64,000 bases of DNA from Phoronis australis. Its lineage: Eukaryota > Animalia > Phoronida. The notes beneath the pieces were generated by a model that did no database searches, was not told the origin of the DNA, and worked only from the letters and a program-made list of their open reading frames with translations. The position numbers and the translations under genes were made by a program. Below, one piece after another: positions 10,482-25,400 of the stretch. Position 1 is the first letter of the stretch, and every line of letters begins with the position of its first letter. The stretch spans positions 7,642-71,641 of the forward strand of contig NMRA01000350.1 in NCBI GenBank assembly GCA_002633005.1, given 5' to 3'.

Positions 10482-13400
10482 CTGTAAACAATGTACAATA
10501 AACTGTAATACGATCAAATGAACATAAACTTGACAGCATGAAAATTCAAAAAAGTTTCGGTGCCCAAAACGGTGATAAAATTTCTACTATTTCTTTACAC
10601 AACATGTTTCGATTGCAGCAAATTCTCGACAAAATCTCGACAGATGTAGTTCCATGTACTTTGTCAACATTGCAACAACTGAGCATTGCGAGTCCATTCA
10701 CAAATGAATATGTAATTATTGGCCTGGTCACATTAAACAGTCTGGAAAAATATTATCCAGGTTTGGCAGAGTCTGATAGAATTCTATCGAAGTTTGTCAA
10801 GACTATTTTGAAAGCCTCTAAGTACATATACCATCAATATGTCTTCCAAATCATCAGTAAATTTCACGAGAACAAAAAGCAAACTTGACGCATGCACTAA
10901 CAGTGGTTTCCTGATTTCATCAGATTCTCGCTGTACTCAGTATTTCAGGGATAGTTTCACACAGAGTGCGGGATTTCACTTTCCATTTGACCATATCTGG
11001 TTACAAAATTAAATGAAAACTCTAGAAATCCACCGAACTATGGGATCGAGACAACTCAAATCATTTTGGCTACTTTTTTGATTTTTCCTAATTGGCTTCA
11101 TCTCTTCAACAAATCTATACCGTAGTTTCGAAACTTGGAACTTAAGGCACAGAAATGATAAAGTTTTAATGGCATGCTTGCACTAAAAGTTGTATGTACA
11201 GAACTTAAAAAAACCTGGTAATTTACGACACCAGAAAAGTAAACCGTGTTTGTTATATGCCAGACCAACAGGGTGAACAAGGTTATTTATCATTGTTTCA
11301 TGTTTTCTCGTAAAAAATTGTAATTGATAAACTCCCGCATTTGATAGGCTCAGAGAAACTATTAGTCAAAAATGGAATAACAAGAGACAAATTGGCCTTC
11401 GGAACACCTTTTGTAAAATTATTACTTGCAGAGAAAAAGGGCAGAAAAAATGATGCCAGTTACAGCTTAACCCACACTTCAAAAGTATTATGGTGGGGAA
11501 AAGGCCTATTTTGTGGACTTGACACGAACGATTTATGATTTCAATTAAAACTGTCCCATCAAAAACAAAAGAAATAGAAAATAGCTGACATTAGAAAAAG
11601 ACTGTCACGCAAAATCATCCATTCGAATGAATATTTGCTAACCATCATGTAAATGCCTTGTAAATTACGGAAACGGAATCTTCGACCTTAGTTGTCCTTG
11701 CCTCTTGAAGTGGAAAATAAAAAGGTAAATAAAAAACCTATCTGCAGTTTGACAAAGAAGCAAATGTTTCAAATAATGAACTTGTATTTTCATAACAAGT
11801 CTTTCAAGCCCAGTGACCTACCATAAGATTGACCTCTCAAAAGCACATCCTCCGTTTTCTTGCCCATCTGAAGTTCTTGGTTAACATCAGCACTTCCGTT
11901 ACTGCATATCTCAGACCTAAGTGAAATTACGTCAAGAGTCAAAACAATAATAAGAGCAACGTGGAGCATTGAAATGCATCCACAAATGCATGACAAATGG
12001 TTTGTTTTTAAGGTACCGTAATTGGTTATTTGTTTCATAAAAATGGTCGCCACTTTTCAAAACCATCCTTAGAATGATTTGGTTGATAGAGAAGTAGATA
12101 CCAAAAAGCAGACTCGAAAACAGCAAAAATGGCCACTAACTGGCACAAAGTACCTTGATTCCATCCGGAAATGGGAGGATAGCGTCATCTCACCAATAAA
12201 TTTTTTATGAAGATACAGAGATAAACGTAAAGCTAAAATTGCCACCAGGGGGCATACCAGTAGTCAGATGCATCCCAAAATCATCGTCGTCTGTTGTCAA
12301 CATCATATAAACACACTTTTTAAATTTAGTAAAGATCCTGCAAACGGTTTAGGAGATACAGCCATGGGTGCAAAAAAAAAGAGACTGCCACTAGAAGACA
12401 CCAGTAGTCGAAGACATCGGGAAATCATCCTCAGCCGTCCACTTCATAGTAAAAACATACAAGCCAATTTTCACAATTATCCTGAAAGCGGTTTGGTTGA
12501 TACAGGGGTGGACGTCAAAAAACAGACTCGAAAACAGTACAAATGGCCACTAAGTGGCGCAAACTACGTCAAATCCATCCGAAAACGCGAGGATGCCGAA
12601 GATACTGAGATTAATGCAAAAAGTAAAACTCCCTATAGGGGGCACAATGGTGGCCAGATACACACCAAACTCTTTGCCGTTCCCCTGTGATGGGTTTAGG
12701 GATACAGCCACCGAAACTAAATGGCCACAAAGCGTACCATCCAAAACAGGCAGACCCATTCAAAAATTAGAGCAACATGTGCTACATCGTCTCACAAGGA
12801 ATATACTCCGAAATTTTCACAAATATCCTTCAGGCGGATAAACAAATGGATGCCGAAAAGAGACTTAAAATAATAAATATGACCACTAGGTGGCACAAAA
12901 TACACCAAATCCAAATACTGCTGTTCAAACAATGAACAAGTTTTACTTTCAATAACAAATTAAATGTTATATACAAAGTGTTTAAAATGGGAGGGAATGA
13001 TTGTTGCCACAAACAGGCAACGGCTCTCAGTGACACACACATCTACATTCCCGAAGTCGATCACGTGTGAAGTTCAGGCACAGTGCAGGTAGGTGCTTAT
13101 AATCACAACTGGTATGAAGCATGCACAGTCGCATGGTTGGCACGAGATGCAGGGCGTAATGTTGTACGGCATGCTAGTCAGCAAACCACCTTTGATATTA
13201 AAACACTCAGAGAAAATCTTGAAAAATATAAATTTTTAAATTAGTCTTTTACATTTTCCAAGGAAGAATTTTCGCATGATACTCAACAATAAATGGGACC
13301 CACCAAAGTGTGCCTGGAGGCATTAATTGCGATGGTCGAAGAAACACAACATTCAAGTCCATGCCGACTGCTTTGAGACGAGAGGAGAAGGTCACAACGT

Positions 13401-16400
13401 CTTGAACATCAACATCAGCAATGCAAAAGTAGTTCTGAAATTATATAACTGAGTAAACCTATTGTTTAGTTCACACGTGTCATGGTGTTAATTCTTATCA
13501 TCTATTCTAGTCAATATGACACAGAACAAATGTCCATAGCTTAAAACAGAATTAAGACAATTGGTCATCCATAACTAAAGTCATACTCAATAAGACCCGT
13601 TAGCAAGTGTCCATCACTGAATTTGCAGTCAATAAAGGTCTTGGTCATCCATAACTAAAGCCATACTCAATAAGACCCGTTAGAGAGTGTCCGTCCTAAA
13701 GTTGCAGTCAACACTTGGTCATCCATAACTAAAGCCATACTCAATAAGATGCTCAGTAGATGTACATTGCTAAAGTCCGAGTAAATAACACATTCAGCAG
13801 ATGACCATTTACTAAACTTTAGTCAGGAAGACACTGAGCAGGAGTCCATTACAACAAGACACTCGGGCAATTGTCCATTGCTACAGTGTATCCATGCACA
13901 GAGGTCACAACTTCTTTGCTAAAAAAATTGTTAGTAAATAATACAATGAAGAGAAAACGCTACAGTACTGTACCCAATACATGGAAAAACTGAAGCACTG
14001 AACATCATGAAGTCAATATGTTATCCGTCAACTTTCATGAGTATATCAGTTAATACTTACTTGAACAGGCTACAAGTTAGTACTTACAGTGCAAATTTAA
14101 CTCCAACTTACTGATTTTAATATTCATTGATGCACACATTGACATCTGAAATCTATCCTTCATGATGCCAACAAATTGTTGATGTTCTAGAAATTGCAGT
14201 CATGAACAAGGTAAAAAATATTATTCGGAGTTGAGTATATTAACCCAGCTAAATAATGTTGAACAACAATGCACAGAGACTGCAGCTGCATTTTTTCATT
14301 GTTTACCAAAGCATTCTTTTTCACAGATTCTGTTGCTAAGACGCTGAAGTTAGACACTCCACATTTCACGCAGTGTAGAATTTCATTCTTCAAGATCCAA
14401 TGCACAACTTCCTGCTCAGAACATATTCGGTTTTCTGAAATAAAACAAAAAATTAACTCAGTAAAATGTAAATCACAAAACACGAAAATCAAAATAAAAA
14501 AAGTTAACCCACTAAAAACAAATGGGAGGAAAGAAACTCCAGATTCAAATAATGAAACTAATTAATCAGATTCTAATGATTCAGAAACTTTGACACTCCA
14601 CATGACTGATGCACTTTTAAAAAGTTACCGCATTTAAGGTTTATTTTCAAAATGATTCACATTATTTTACAATCGCATTCATTGCAATCGTTCTAACACA
14701 GCAACAAGTGGTCACTGACAAAGGCCCCGGATTTTGGGAACCAATTCGATATTCTCAAAATAAGGGATCCCCTTTGCCCACAATGGAATACAATAAAAAA
14801 AAACAACCCACTTGGTGCTGTAAGCTTCACAGCATACTTAGCGCTAACTCATCATACTTTCAGATGCCTGGATGAATCCTTGTCCATATTTTCATGCAGG
14901 AATTTTCAGAAGCAATCACCAATTATGACAACTATTGAATTGTTCAAAAACTGAAACATTATGTTTTTAAGTCTCTGCACAGCCACCACTGGTCGTAAGT
15001 TACGGCTTTCAGAGTTGTAAGTATTACATTTGTCAGCAGCAAACGTCAAATTTTAAGAAAATACTGAGAAAGTTCAACCAATAATTAATGATTTCAAGCT
15101 GTGTGTCTCATGCAACTAATGTTAATAACAAAGGGCTCACCCAGCGTACACTCCAGAAAGTCATGCTTCAACCGGAGCTCCTGCTGTACTGTGTACCTTA
15201 GCTGACAAGGTCCGTAGATAACAAGAAGCTTCTTGTCTGCATTAAATCAATGTAGTAAACATAGCAGGGGATTCCACCACACAAGACACTGGAGAGAATG
15301 GTCACGTGCTTCATTTGTAATGCATGGAACTATCTGCCGAAGACTTGCATGAACACATATCTCTCGAAAGAACCTTACTCTATGGAATGCAGCCCAGATA
15401 CACGTCTACACATGAATCTCATAATGTGAACTGTGTAGTCAGTGAATGAATCTGATATTCAGTTTGAAGGCAAAAAGTCTATGAAAAGGGTCACAATGGA
15501 TGTCAACATCAACCTTCATCAGAATGACTCATTTGAATACTCACGATGAGGCATGACAAGTTGTTTATTTAATATATATTACGGGTCAAGGGTCAAATGG
15601 CATAATTGACACCAAGAAAGGTCCGAGTCACAAACCACACCATAAACAAATTTTAGAACTACAGGATGGTACAAACTCACATTGATGCAGTCTTTGGTAT
15701 GGAACTTCCCTGATGCTCCCCTCACCTGTAAAGCAATAATATTGATTTTAATGATAATCATGATGCAAGTCAAAGAAATGATGTCATCTTCATTACTATC
15801 ATGGTGTTACAATGTCTGTCTGTTAGTATCTGTCTGCTGGAAAAACTTTCCACAGCGCAACACGTGGGAGTGGTCACTTCACTAGAAAACACTGTAACTT
15901 TTTGTGGGCTAAGTTTTGTGCTTCAAAAATGAAATTTGAAGATTTTCTGTAATTAAGACAGACATGCACAAATTAATTTGAAAACACATCGAAGCAAAAT
16001 CAACCCAATCATAAGTAAAGACAGGCGACTGTGTGGTCTGCACTTTGAATAACAAACCAGCACTGAAAGATTTTAAATCAAAGACAATAAATAGATGTTT
16101 CTTCTAACATTAGGAAACCTGTAGAATTTGATCACCTTATCTGCAATTAATAATGTCACGTGACTAAGTCCTTTTAGAAGTCTTTACTAGCAAACTAGAA
16201 ACAAATAGCCAAATAAAAACACCAATAACGACACCCAAACTTCATTTGATAATAATAGTCAAGATAAAATCTCAAAAAAAACGAATTTAAATTTTTTAAA
16301 ATAAAGTTAACTTGCTTTCATTTTATGAAACTTTTGAGTCCTATCTTTGATCGCCAAAGTGGAACATTAAAACAAAATATCTAACAGCATTCTGGAAAAC

Positions 16401-19400
16401 AGTGCATAAAACAGACTGTATTGTGTACCTTTCATAGATCCTATCGGTCATTTCGGAGATAACTTGACCAGCTTTCGACACTATTCTCAGGTGCTACACA
16501 ACCTTATGCAATAAGTGACGAGAATATGCAACTTTAACTAGAGTTACTGAACTTACCAAAAGGCATGTCCAAGGTACTTTTGCCTAACAGTTTAAGTGGA
16601 GACGTGGTGCATTTTGACAATAGTTCAGAAGCCCTGGAAAAATAAATTGAATGTTAATTTTGTAGTGGTGTAAAGACAAAATACAGTTATCGGAACAACA
16701 TTTAACACTCAGACTAGTTTGTGAAACTTTGATTAACGTTGCTAAAATTATTCGGACATCAACTGAACCCGACGTTGGGACAGTATGGAACATCCTTTAG
16801 CACAGATGTTTACACACAGATTGTATTAAAACTGAACCAGTCCAGTAACATTGCCTAGAAACACTAATGATCTGCTAAATTCAAAAGTACTATTAATGTT
16901 TGAACATAATTGTCACATGTTATACTAAGTACGGTACAGCTGAAGTCGGAGAAAAGCAGCAAATCTGAAATAAAACGAACCTGTTTTCACTAAGAATATG
17001 GCCAAACTGATCAGCATCACCAGTTTTCTTGTCGATCTTGCAAGCAAACCAGTCATACACTAAGTTTCCATAGCGATCAACCGCAGGCTTGCCCGTTCTG
17101 TCACTCCTTTCTACAGCTTTGTGTAATACCATCAGAATGTCTCCCTTATGTATATTTAGATAACCCGGAAGATGGCTATCTATCTCCATATTGGACCTAT
17201 GGAAACAGACAACAATTCAAAGGACAGTGTGAAATCTCATCAAACACAGTGCAGGGCTATGAGCAAAAGTTCTAAGCATTAATCTAATCTATGACCTGAA
17301 CGTGTCAGTGGATAGTAATCACTTCTAATCTGAAGAAGGAACTGCTTAAAAGATCTAAATTTTCATGGAAAATAGACCAATAGTGTTTGAAAGATGATCC
17401 TTTGCTTAGTCTTTACTTATTAACAAAAATAATTAGTCAGGAATGAGGCAAAAATAAATTGAATATCATTTTTGCAGCAAAATCTTAACACAAATTCTTC
17501 TGTTAAATGTGACTTAACTTACGTCTTGTAAGTCGGCATGAAATAGGCCAAGATTGATGGTTTTGTTTTTGCTGACAGAGGAGTATGACTGCCATGAACA
17601 GTTGAGAAAGTTAAAACTGAATACTTCTCAATGAAAGAAGCATTACACTAAGTGTAATAACAGCTTCTAGGGGGTGCTCTACAAGTTAAAAATAATCGGT
17701 GGTGCACAATAAGTTAAATCTATATGAAAATGTGAAGGTACTGTCATACATCAACTCTTTAGCAGAAACATATTGCAAATTTCATGACAAGATGTCAAAA
17801 ACTCCAAAGATACAGAGAAAAACGTAAAAAATTTTCGCCACCAGGAGTCAGTCACCGGAGTAGTCTGATCCATACAAAAGTTTTCGGTACCTGTTGCCAC
17901 TTTATAAAAATACACCTCAAGGAAGTCCAAAGATACATATTAGATAAATTAAAAAATGAAATTGTCACTAGGGGGCAAACCAGTAATCAGATCTATCCAA
18001 AATTTGCTTATGCTGTCTTACCCATGACAGAAGCATGACTACTTTGCAGAATTTCACAAAAAATCTGTCCAGTGTCTACAGAAGCAGGAGCAGATGTCGG
18101 ACAGAGATTACGGCATAATACACACATGGATTCTGTAAACAAGTGTTTCTGCGCAATGCTTAGCAGCAGGTGACTGTTGCCTACCTTATGAAAAACGGGT
18201 CTTCAGTGATCTTCACTTTGTCATACACTGACTGCAGGTGACGGAAGCCTGTAAGTGAAGAACATGAGAGCTTTATCAAAACAGCTTACCCTAATTCCAG
18301 TCAGTTTACTGAGCTGCGTTCCAAAACCATAAGACACTTGTGAGACACTTGCAACAAAAAACCTTCACTTATGGGACAGCCACTGCGAACTTTATGTCAC
18401 AATTCAACATTCTATTTCCATTGACCAATCACTTCTGTGACGTCCATTTTGGCAGTGTGCGCAAGTGAAGTCTTGAGCTATATCCAAGAAACACTTGCAC
18501 TCCAATTGAAGGAAACTTGTTCAACAGAAAGCAGCCCAGAATTCCTTTTTATCTTCAAGTCACTGCGAACAGGTTGAGTCAGACAAACAACAAAATTATT
18601 ATTTTTAGTTTTTGATTACAGAAAACAGCAATGCCCCTAAAACTCGCAGTTGTATCTTTAGTTAAAAGGTCATAATTGTTCTGAAAAAATATGCAGTGAA
18701 TCTTGTACAAGTTGGACGAAGGTGCAAGTTTACTGGTACCAATTCTCAAATTTGGGACAGACTGACTCCAGGATTTGGGAATGGAAACTCCCACAAAGGT
18801 TGAATGTTCTTGATTTTGGAATTTAGGACAGTTGAGATTTTGGCACGCTCACCATATTTCTTAAGTTTACGACAATGTGTTTTCAATTTACAAAGTGGAG
18901 AATTTTGTAACCTTTCCATTGATTCTTGGATTAAGGCTAGCCTGAGCAATGTCCAAAGTTTCCAAAGTTTGGGACAAGTTCCGACCTACCGTTGGCAAAA
19001 TAAAAATCGTCCACAGTACTAAATTGGAGGATTTTTACTGTTAAACAAAAGTCAACTTACAAGAGAAGTTCAGACTGCCCAAACTAGAATAATTGTATCA
19101 GGGAAATATAACCGACTTAAACATACACACGACTTACGAGCATCTAAATTAGTTTGAACTACTTTAAATATTTGCTGTATATTTATTAAACATTTTTTAA
19201 ACAAGAGCAACGTGGAACGTTGAAATGCGCCCACAAATGCACCGCTTACGATGTGCTTCTAGGGGTGTTTATTTGGAACATAATGGCAACTAGATGGCGC
19301 AAAATATGTCAAAACCAGTCAAGAAGTTGTATGCGTCATCAAAGCTATTTACCAAATTTCATAAAAATTCGTCAAGGAACTTCTGAGAAAACAGAGGAAA

Positions 19401-22400
19401 AAGACAAAAAAAGAAATTGCCACTACTTGGCTAAAAGCGCAAGGAAACATATCAACTGCCACTAAGAGGCGCCAAAGAAAATAAAGTTGTCAGAAAATCA
19501 ACGTCAGAGTTCCTCTTCCCATTAGGAATGTAAATGCTTTCCACAACCAACCTTAGAGTGGTTTGGTTGACAGAAAGGCAGACGTCAAATAACAAGACTA
19601 GAAAACAGTAAAAATGGCCACAAGGTGGCGCAAAATGCCTTGAATTTTACCGAAAAGCGGATGATAGCGTCACCTCATTACTAGATGATTAACTGCCAAA
19701 TTTTACGAAAATCCATTGCCAACCCTTTAAGATACAGAGGTAAACGTAAAAACTAAAATTGTCACTAGGGGGCACACCGGTAACCCGATCCATCCGAAAG
19801 TCATCATCCTCTGTAGTCAACTTCATATAGATACACCACCAAAATTCAATAAAGTTCCTGTAGAGCATTTTGGAGATACAGCCATGGGCACAAAAACAAA
19901 CAAAACTGCCGCTAGGAGGCGCCATAGTATTCCAAGTCATCAGGAAAGTGTCAGCCACCCTCTTCACAGCAAGAACAAATATGCCAATTTTTAAAGTCAT
20001 CCCTAGAGCGGTTTGGTTGATAGAACGGCGAACGCCAAAAAACAGACTCAGAAACAGTAAAAATGGCCACTAGGTGGTGCAAAGTACCCCAAATCCGTCC
20101 AAAAGCAAGACGATGGCATCTTCATACTATCTTATAGATGTCTAACTGCCAAATTTTATGAAAATCCGTTGATGACCTCCAAATCTACAGAGGTAAGCAT
20201 AAAAAAAAAGTTAAAATTGCCACTAGGGGGCACACCAGTAGTCGGAGAATTCCAAAATTCATTGCCATCTGTCCTCACCTTCATGGGAACACATCTGCCA
20301 AATCTCATTAGGATCCTGAGAGGGTTTAGGTGATACAGCCATGGGCGCAAAAACAAACAAAACTACCACTAGGAAGCGTCACAGTTGTCGAAGTCGTCAT
20401 AAAATCATTGTCAGTAGCCCTCTTCACAACAAGAACATATATGCCAAATTTCAAAATCATCCCTAGAGTGGTCTGGTTGATAGAAAGGCGGACGCCAAAA
20501 AACAGACTCGAATACAGAAAAACTGGCCACTAGGCAGCGAAAAGTACATTGAATTTGTCCGAAAACGGGAGGATGGCATCATCTCACTAATAGGTGCTTG
20601 ACTGCCAAATTTTATGAATATCTGTTGAGAACATCAAAAGATACAGACTGAGGAAAGCGTAAAAAACTAAAATTGCCACTCTGAGGCACACCGGTAGTCG
20701 GAGAGGTCCGAAATTTGTCGTCAGCCGTTGTCAGCTTCATAGGAACACATCTGCCAAATCTCGTCAAGATCCTGCAAGGGGTTTAGGAGATACAGCTGTG
20801 GACGCCAGACGTCCAGACAGAGATGACGGCAATATGTGACCACATATAAATATGTGACGGGTGCATGAAAATTTATAAACGATTAGAATTCCACCTTTTA
20901 AAAAAGAATTTTTAGTGGATAAATTCCGATCTGGAAAAAAAGAATTCCTCATACAGAGTAGATTGAAAGCATATATCAACTATACGACACCCACACACCC
21001 ACTTTTTTAATATCACAGCATTCTTTGCAGGTTAAGACCACTCTCATAAGGATGGTATACACGATCGTGAAGTCACCCAGCACTGTTGCTAAGGCATATC
21101 ACACAATGATTACAAAGACTGGGACAGAAAGAAGCAAATTGCAATGCACATTTCTGTTGTAGTTAATAAAAGATCTTTCCTGTTCAAACACTGGAAAACA
21201 TGGCGGAGTTAGCGTGTGTAATCTAGTGTCCAAAACGCGGGAAAGAATGTTGCTATGGACAGATAGTGGTTAGCACACTGTTCCTTAGTCCCCAAACAAA
21301 AGAAGTCACAAAAGTCCCAAGTGGACCTTTAATTGCCTTACTGTCACCCCAACCGTAAGTACGAAGCAGAATTCAGTAGTTGGTTGGGAAATGAGATATG
21401 CGACGCCTAATACTACAAGACATGAAATGAGATATGCGATGCCTAGCGCTACAAGACATGAAATGGAATTAAACAAGATACCTTCAGGATTATGCATTAA
21501 GCAGAGGTTAATTTGTGAGTCTGGCTGGGCACACATGATGGCATAGCGAACTCTGTCCTGGCCTTCTTGTGAGCCGTCACGAAGAGTTAAAGACTGCAAG
21601 ACCCCATCTCTATCAGAGCATTCCACCTGAAATAACATAACTCTTGTAACATACAGGAAATAAAAACTATTCTGACTAATTCATACTGACACGAGAGAAT
21701 TTTTGCATGTTTCCTACATTGTCAATCATTATTATCATATCTACTATATAATTGTAGTCTAGTCAATCACAATACTGTCTGAACAGATCTGGCTTGAGTG
21801 TTAATTTGTAGCGGGTATTCTAGTAAGCACTTTGTATATTACCCAGTGAATAGAAAACTCCAGTAAGTACAGAAATGTTAGTTAGAAAAAGCAGATATTA
21901 ATTTTTCACGGATATATTAACAAATAGTTATCTATCAGCACTATCCACTTCCCGGTACACGTACGTCTGCAATATTGCATAGATTTTCTTTAATTTTGTA
22001 GCAATTCGAGCTCCGTGTGATTATTCTGTACAATGATTTGGAATATTTTCATCAGATATTACAGCTCATGACACCGTGTATTAGAGGTTGGCTTGTGCGT
22101 AGTTTGTTCAACACCGATTGTATTGTGCAAGACTGATTTGTTTTTAAATGTAATATAACTTGTACATGAAATACACGATGGAATGAGGCTGACGCAGTGT
22201 TTGATTGCCCACTTCTAACACAGATGATGCATTTATTTGTTTCATCGTCTACTCCAACACAATTGTTGATCACTCAGCCCAACCCATATCAATTGCTACA
22301 ACATGCAAGTCGATTACTATCTGAGCAACAGAGCCATGCTTCTGAAAATGTCACGAAAAAAGCTCAGTGGGACTATTTTCTTAACCTTGGTTTCCATTGA

Positions 22401-25400
22401 GACAATCGGCATTTGATAACTGATCAATCGGAAATGAATTCACTAGAAGTCCTTATATAAAAAATTCATTTATATCGTACTTAAATGGCTCATTATAATC
22501 AAGGAGGGTAAAGTGTGTGGTATCAATCTTATGTTAGAGCAATTATCAGAAAAAGGCCAAGCAAGGTGGGGTTAAAAAGGAGGCAATATGAGTTAGGCAC
22601 GCCTAACAACAGGGAACCTGAGTTGCTCTGCATGTCACTGAATATTCACTATTTGTATGTTGGCTGAGAGCATCACAGTTAATTTCTGTAAAAATGCCAG
22701 AAATACATTTTTAGGATAATTGTGAAGAGCACTGACTTCTTGAAGTTACTGAAACAAAATCCGATAAATATCATTGTTTTTGAGATTTTATTACAAATTG
22801 CCAACTAAGGCTCATTCATTGGACAAATGTGCCCCTTTAAAGTGGCTTACCTGTAACACCTGATCCATTTCTCTGATGTCATATTCAAACTGCTTTGTAT
22901 TGACGCAGAAGACATAGAATCCGATGACTATCTCTCCGCGAATCTCGACAAAGTCTTGCAAAAACGATGCTGGAATGCTGACATTACGCTCATTTAAACT
23001 GGCACTCCTGAGAAAAACAGTGCAAACCATTAGGAGAAAAACAATACAAGAATCCTGACTAGAGACTGGCAATAGCCTGATATAGCATAGGCACATTTCG
23101 AGAACCAGTTTGATGACTGCAATTGTAGAAAAGTTGCAGACAACTTGAACGGTTTTGAAAATGTTTGCAGGAAAGTTGCGGACATCTGAAATGTTCGAGA
23201 ATGTTTGCCAGAGGATTGTTCCAACTGTTCAGTGACAAGCGAACTAGCTCTAAATTGGCAAAAATGTTCATCATTCACCGTTGTCTTCTGTGACGATGGT
23301 AAAAAGAAGAGACGTTACTAGGAGACTATAAGTCTAGTCAAGCCTGCAGCTCAGGCCCTTGATCACGTGACTGATCTTCCCGATTGTGGGTCTGGGATTA
23401 ACACCTTGCCGTAAATGGGAGGCTAGTTGCAAAAGTCCTCAATTAACCATGACCAGGGACTGCAACTTCATCTCATTCACGACATGGTGCAAATTCCTGT
23501 TCCACAATGCTGGGAGGTCAGCCATGTGATCAAGGTCATGTGATCAAGGGCCTGAGCTGAAGGCTTGAAACATATTTTAACTTATAGCCTCCTTGAACTA
23601 AGTAGCTCTAAATTCAAAGCAAAATAGTACATAAGGATTAAAAGACTTGAGATTTCCATTGGCTCTGGGATTTCAAAGCAAAACAGCATCAAATAAGTCT
23701 TGTAAATAGTGAGAGATATTACACCACGTGACCAGCTCAGGCCAGCTAGTACAATAAAAAAACTAGTAACAAAATACATCAGACTTCCAAAGCATCCAGA
23801 CATGACTGAACATCAAAAAAAGAAAAAATGCGAGACCTCAAATCAACTCATCAACAGCAAAACACAATCCTTAGTCACCTGAAGAATCATTGGAAGACCA
23901 CCGTTTGTTCACTATCCCCACTTAAAATTAATCATTAGCGTACTATAACTACCCCACTTTCAGTTATACCTATTTTGCATTTTGCAGTTTCCTGGCAGCG
24001 AACGCGATCGCTTAAACTGTGAACTTCGTGCACTGGACGAGACACTGGCTACTTCAACTGAACTGGTCTTCAAAAGATGACTGGAATGAGTGGAACTTGG
24101 CGATGAGTCCATTATGGGTGTTGAAGGGACAGGCAGGTTGTGAGGATGACTTTCTCTCTGATACAGAGTTTTCACCCGGAATGAGTCCTCCTCAACATAT
24201 CGAGGCTACAAGACGGTCAATACAACAACATATGAGACGAACGCTACGAGCAAACTGCATGAATCAGAAAGATTGATAGACTAGGTCATATGCTAGACTT
24301 AACCTTGGTGACTTTAAATGAAAATCAGTGAGGCCACATATCATTAATCTGGCTCACGAAAATGGCTAACATAAAACTGATCACCTTTATGCCAGTTAAC
24401 ACGCTTCTGTTTGTCTAGAAAACAAAAAACAAGCATTGCGCTTTCAACAATGCGTCTGTGTCTTTATTAGCTACGAGCTGATGGTCGACGATCCCCCCTT
24501 AACAGAGAGCATAGTCTCATGCAAGCAAACACTGGCAAGTTTGCAAATCTCCTACACTGACTCGAGCACAGTAAATCATGTGCCTTCCCTGAATTTCAGT
24601 TACAGACAAATTAATAAGGGACAAGAAATAACTGCCATGATTGTTGTTAGAAAATGCAAACTAAGACACAAAGCTTTGAGGATTTTTGTATTCAGATAAA
24701 AGATCATGATTTGAGGTTTTGATGGGTGACAGAAGTTCGGTTAATATTGAATTTAAATTTATTCATCTCATTATTTTGCTAAACTCGTGGGACCAACAAC
24801 AAAAAAATTGTCTAAGATAGTTAAGATCGAAATTTACATTAACTTAAGACACTACAACATAATTTTAGAGCCACAAGTACGATCATTAGTATCTTGATGA
24901 TTGGAAAGAATCGTGATGTGGATGGAAAATATTAGTTTTGAAATGAGCAGATAAATGACACTGCATAGTGTTTTGATGGTTCTCGAATCGAAAGCAGACG
25001 ATCTTCAACTTGACAATGCTTGGGCTATTAGAACATTGAGAAAAATATTAGCCTAATTTGTTACTTGACAGTTTACAATAATTTGTCACCTGGACTAAAA
25101 GTTCGATCCTAAACCAACTCTGTAGCAGTTTAAGTTCTGGTCTTTGCCGAGACTGGTTTTAGTCTAATTTTGATCTTAATGAATTTTAAAGAGCAGGGCT
25201 AAGACCAATTTGTCTTCTTATTAATAAATTTCCGTTGAGACCAGAAGAAAATTCATGAAACAGGCCCCAGGGCAGTACGTGATGATATTAGATCAGATAA
25301 TGAGAAATAAATAAAATACCTCCTTTCGTTTTATGGAGCAGGACGGTTCTACTAATAAGCTGGAGGTCCATTCACATCTGTCAGGCCAATTGTCTATCTG

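Noticed and set aside
11520-11745. Alternative terminal exons directly after exon 22
   Set aside because: Translations lack GUK-like character; exon 10481-10378 has a good acceptor and a GUK-type terminal helix.
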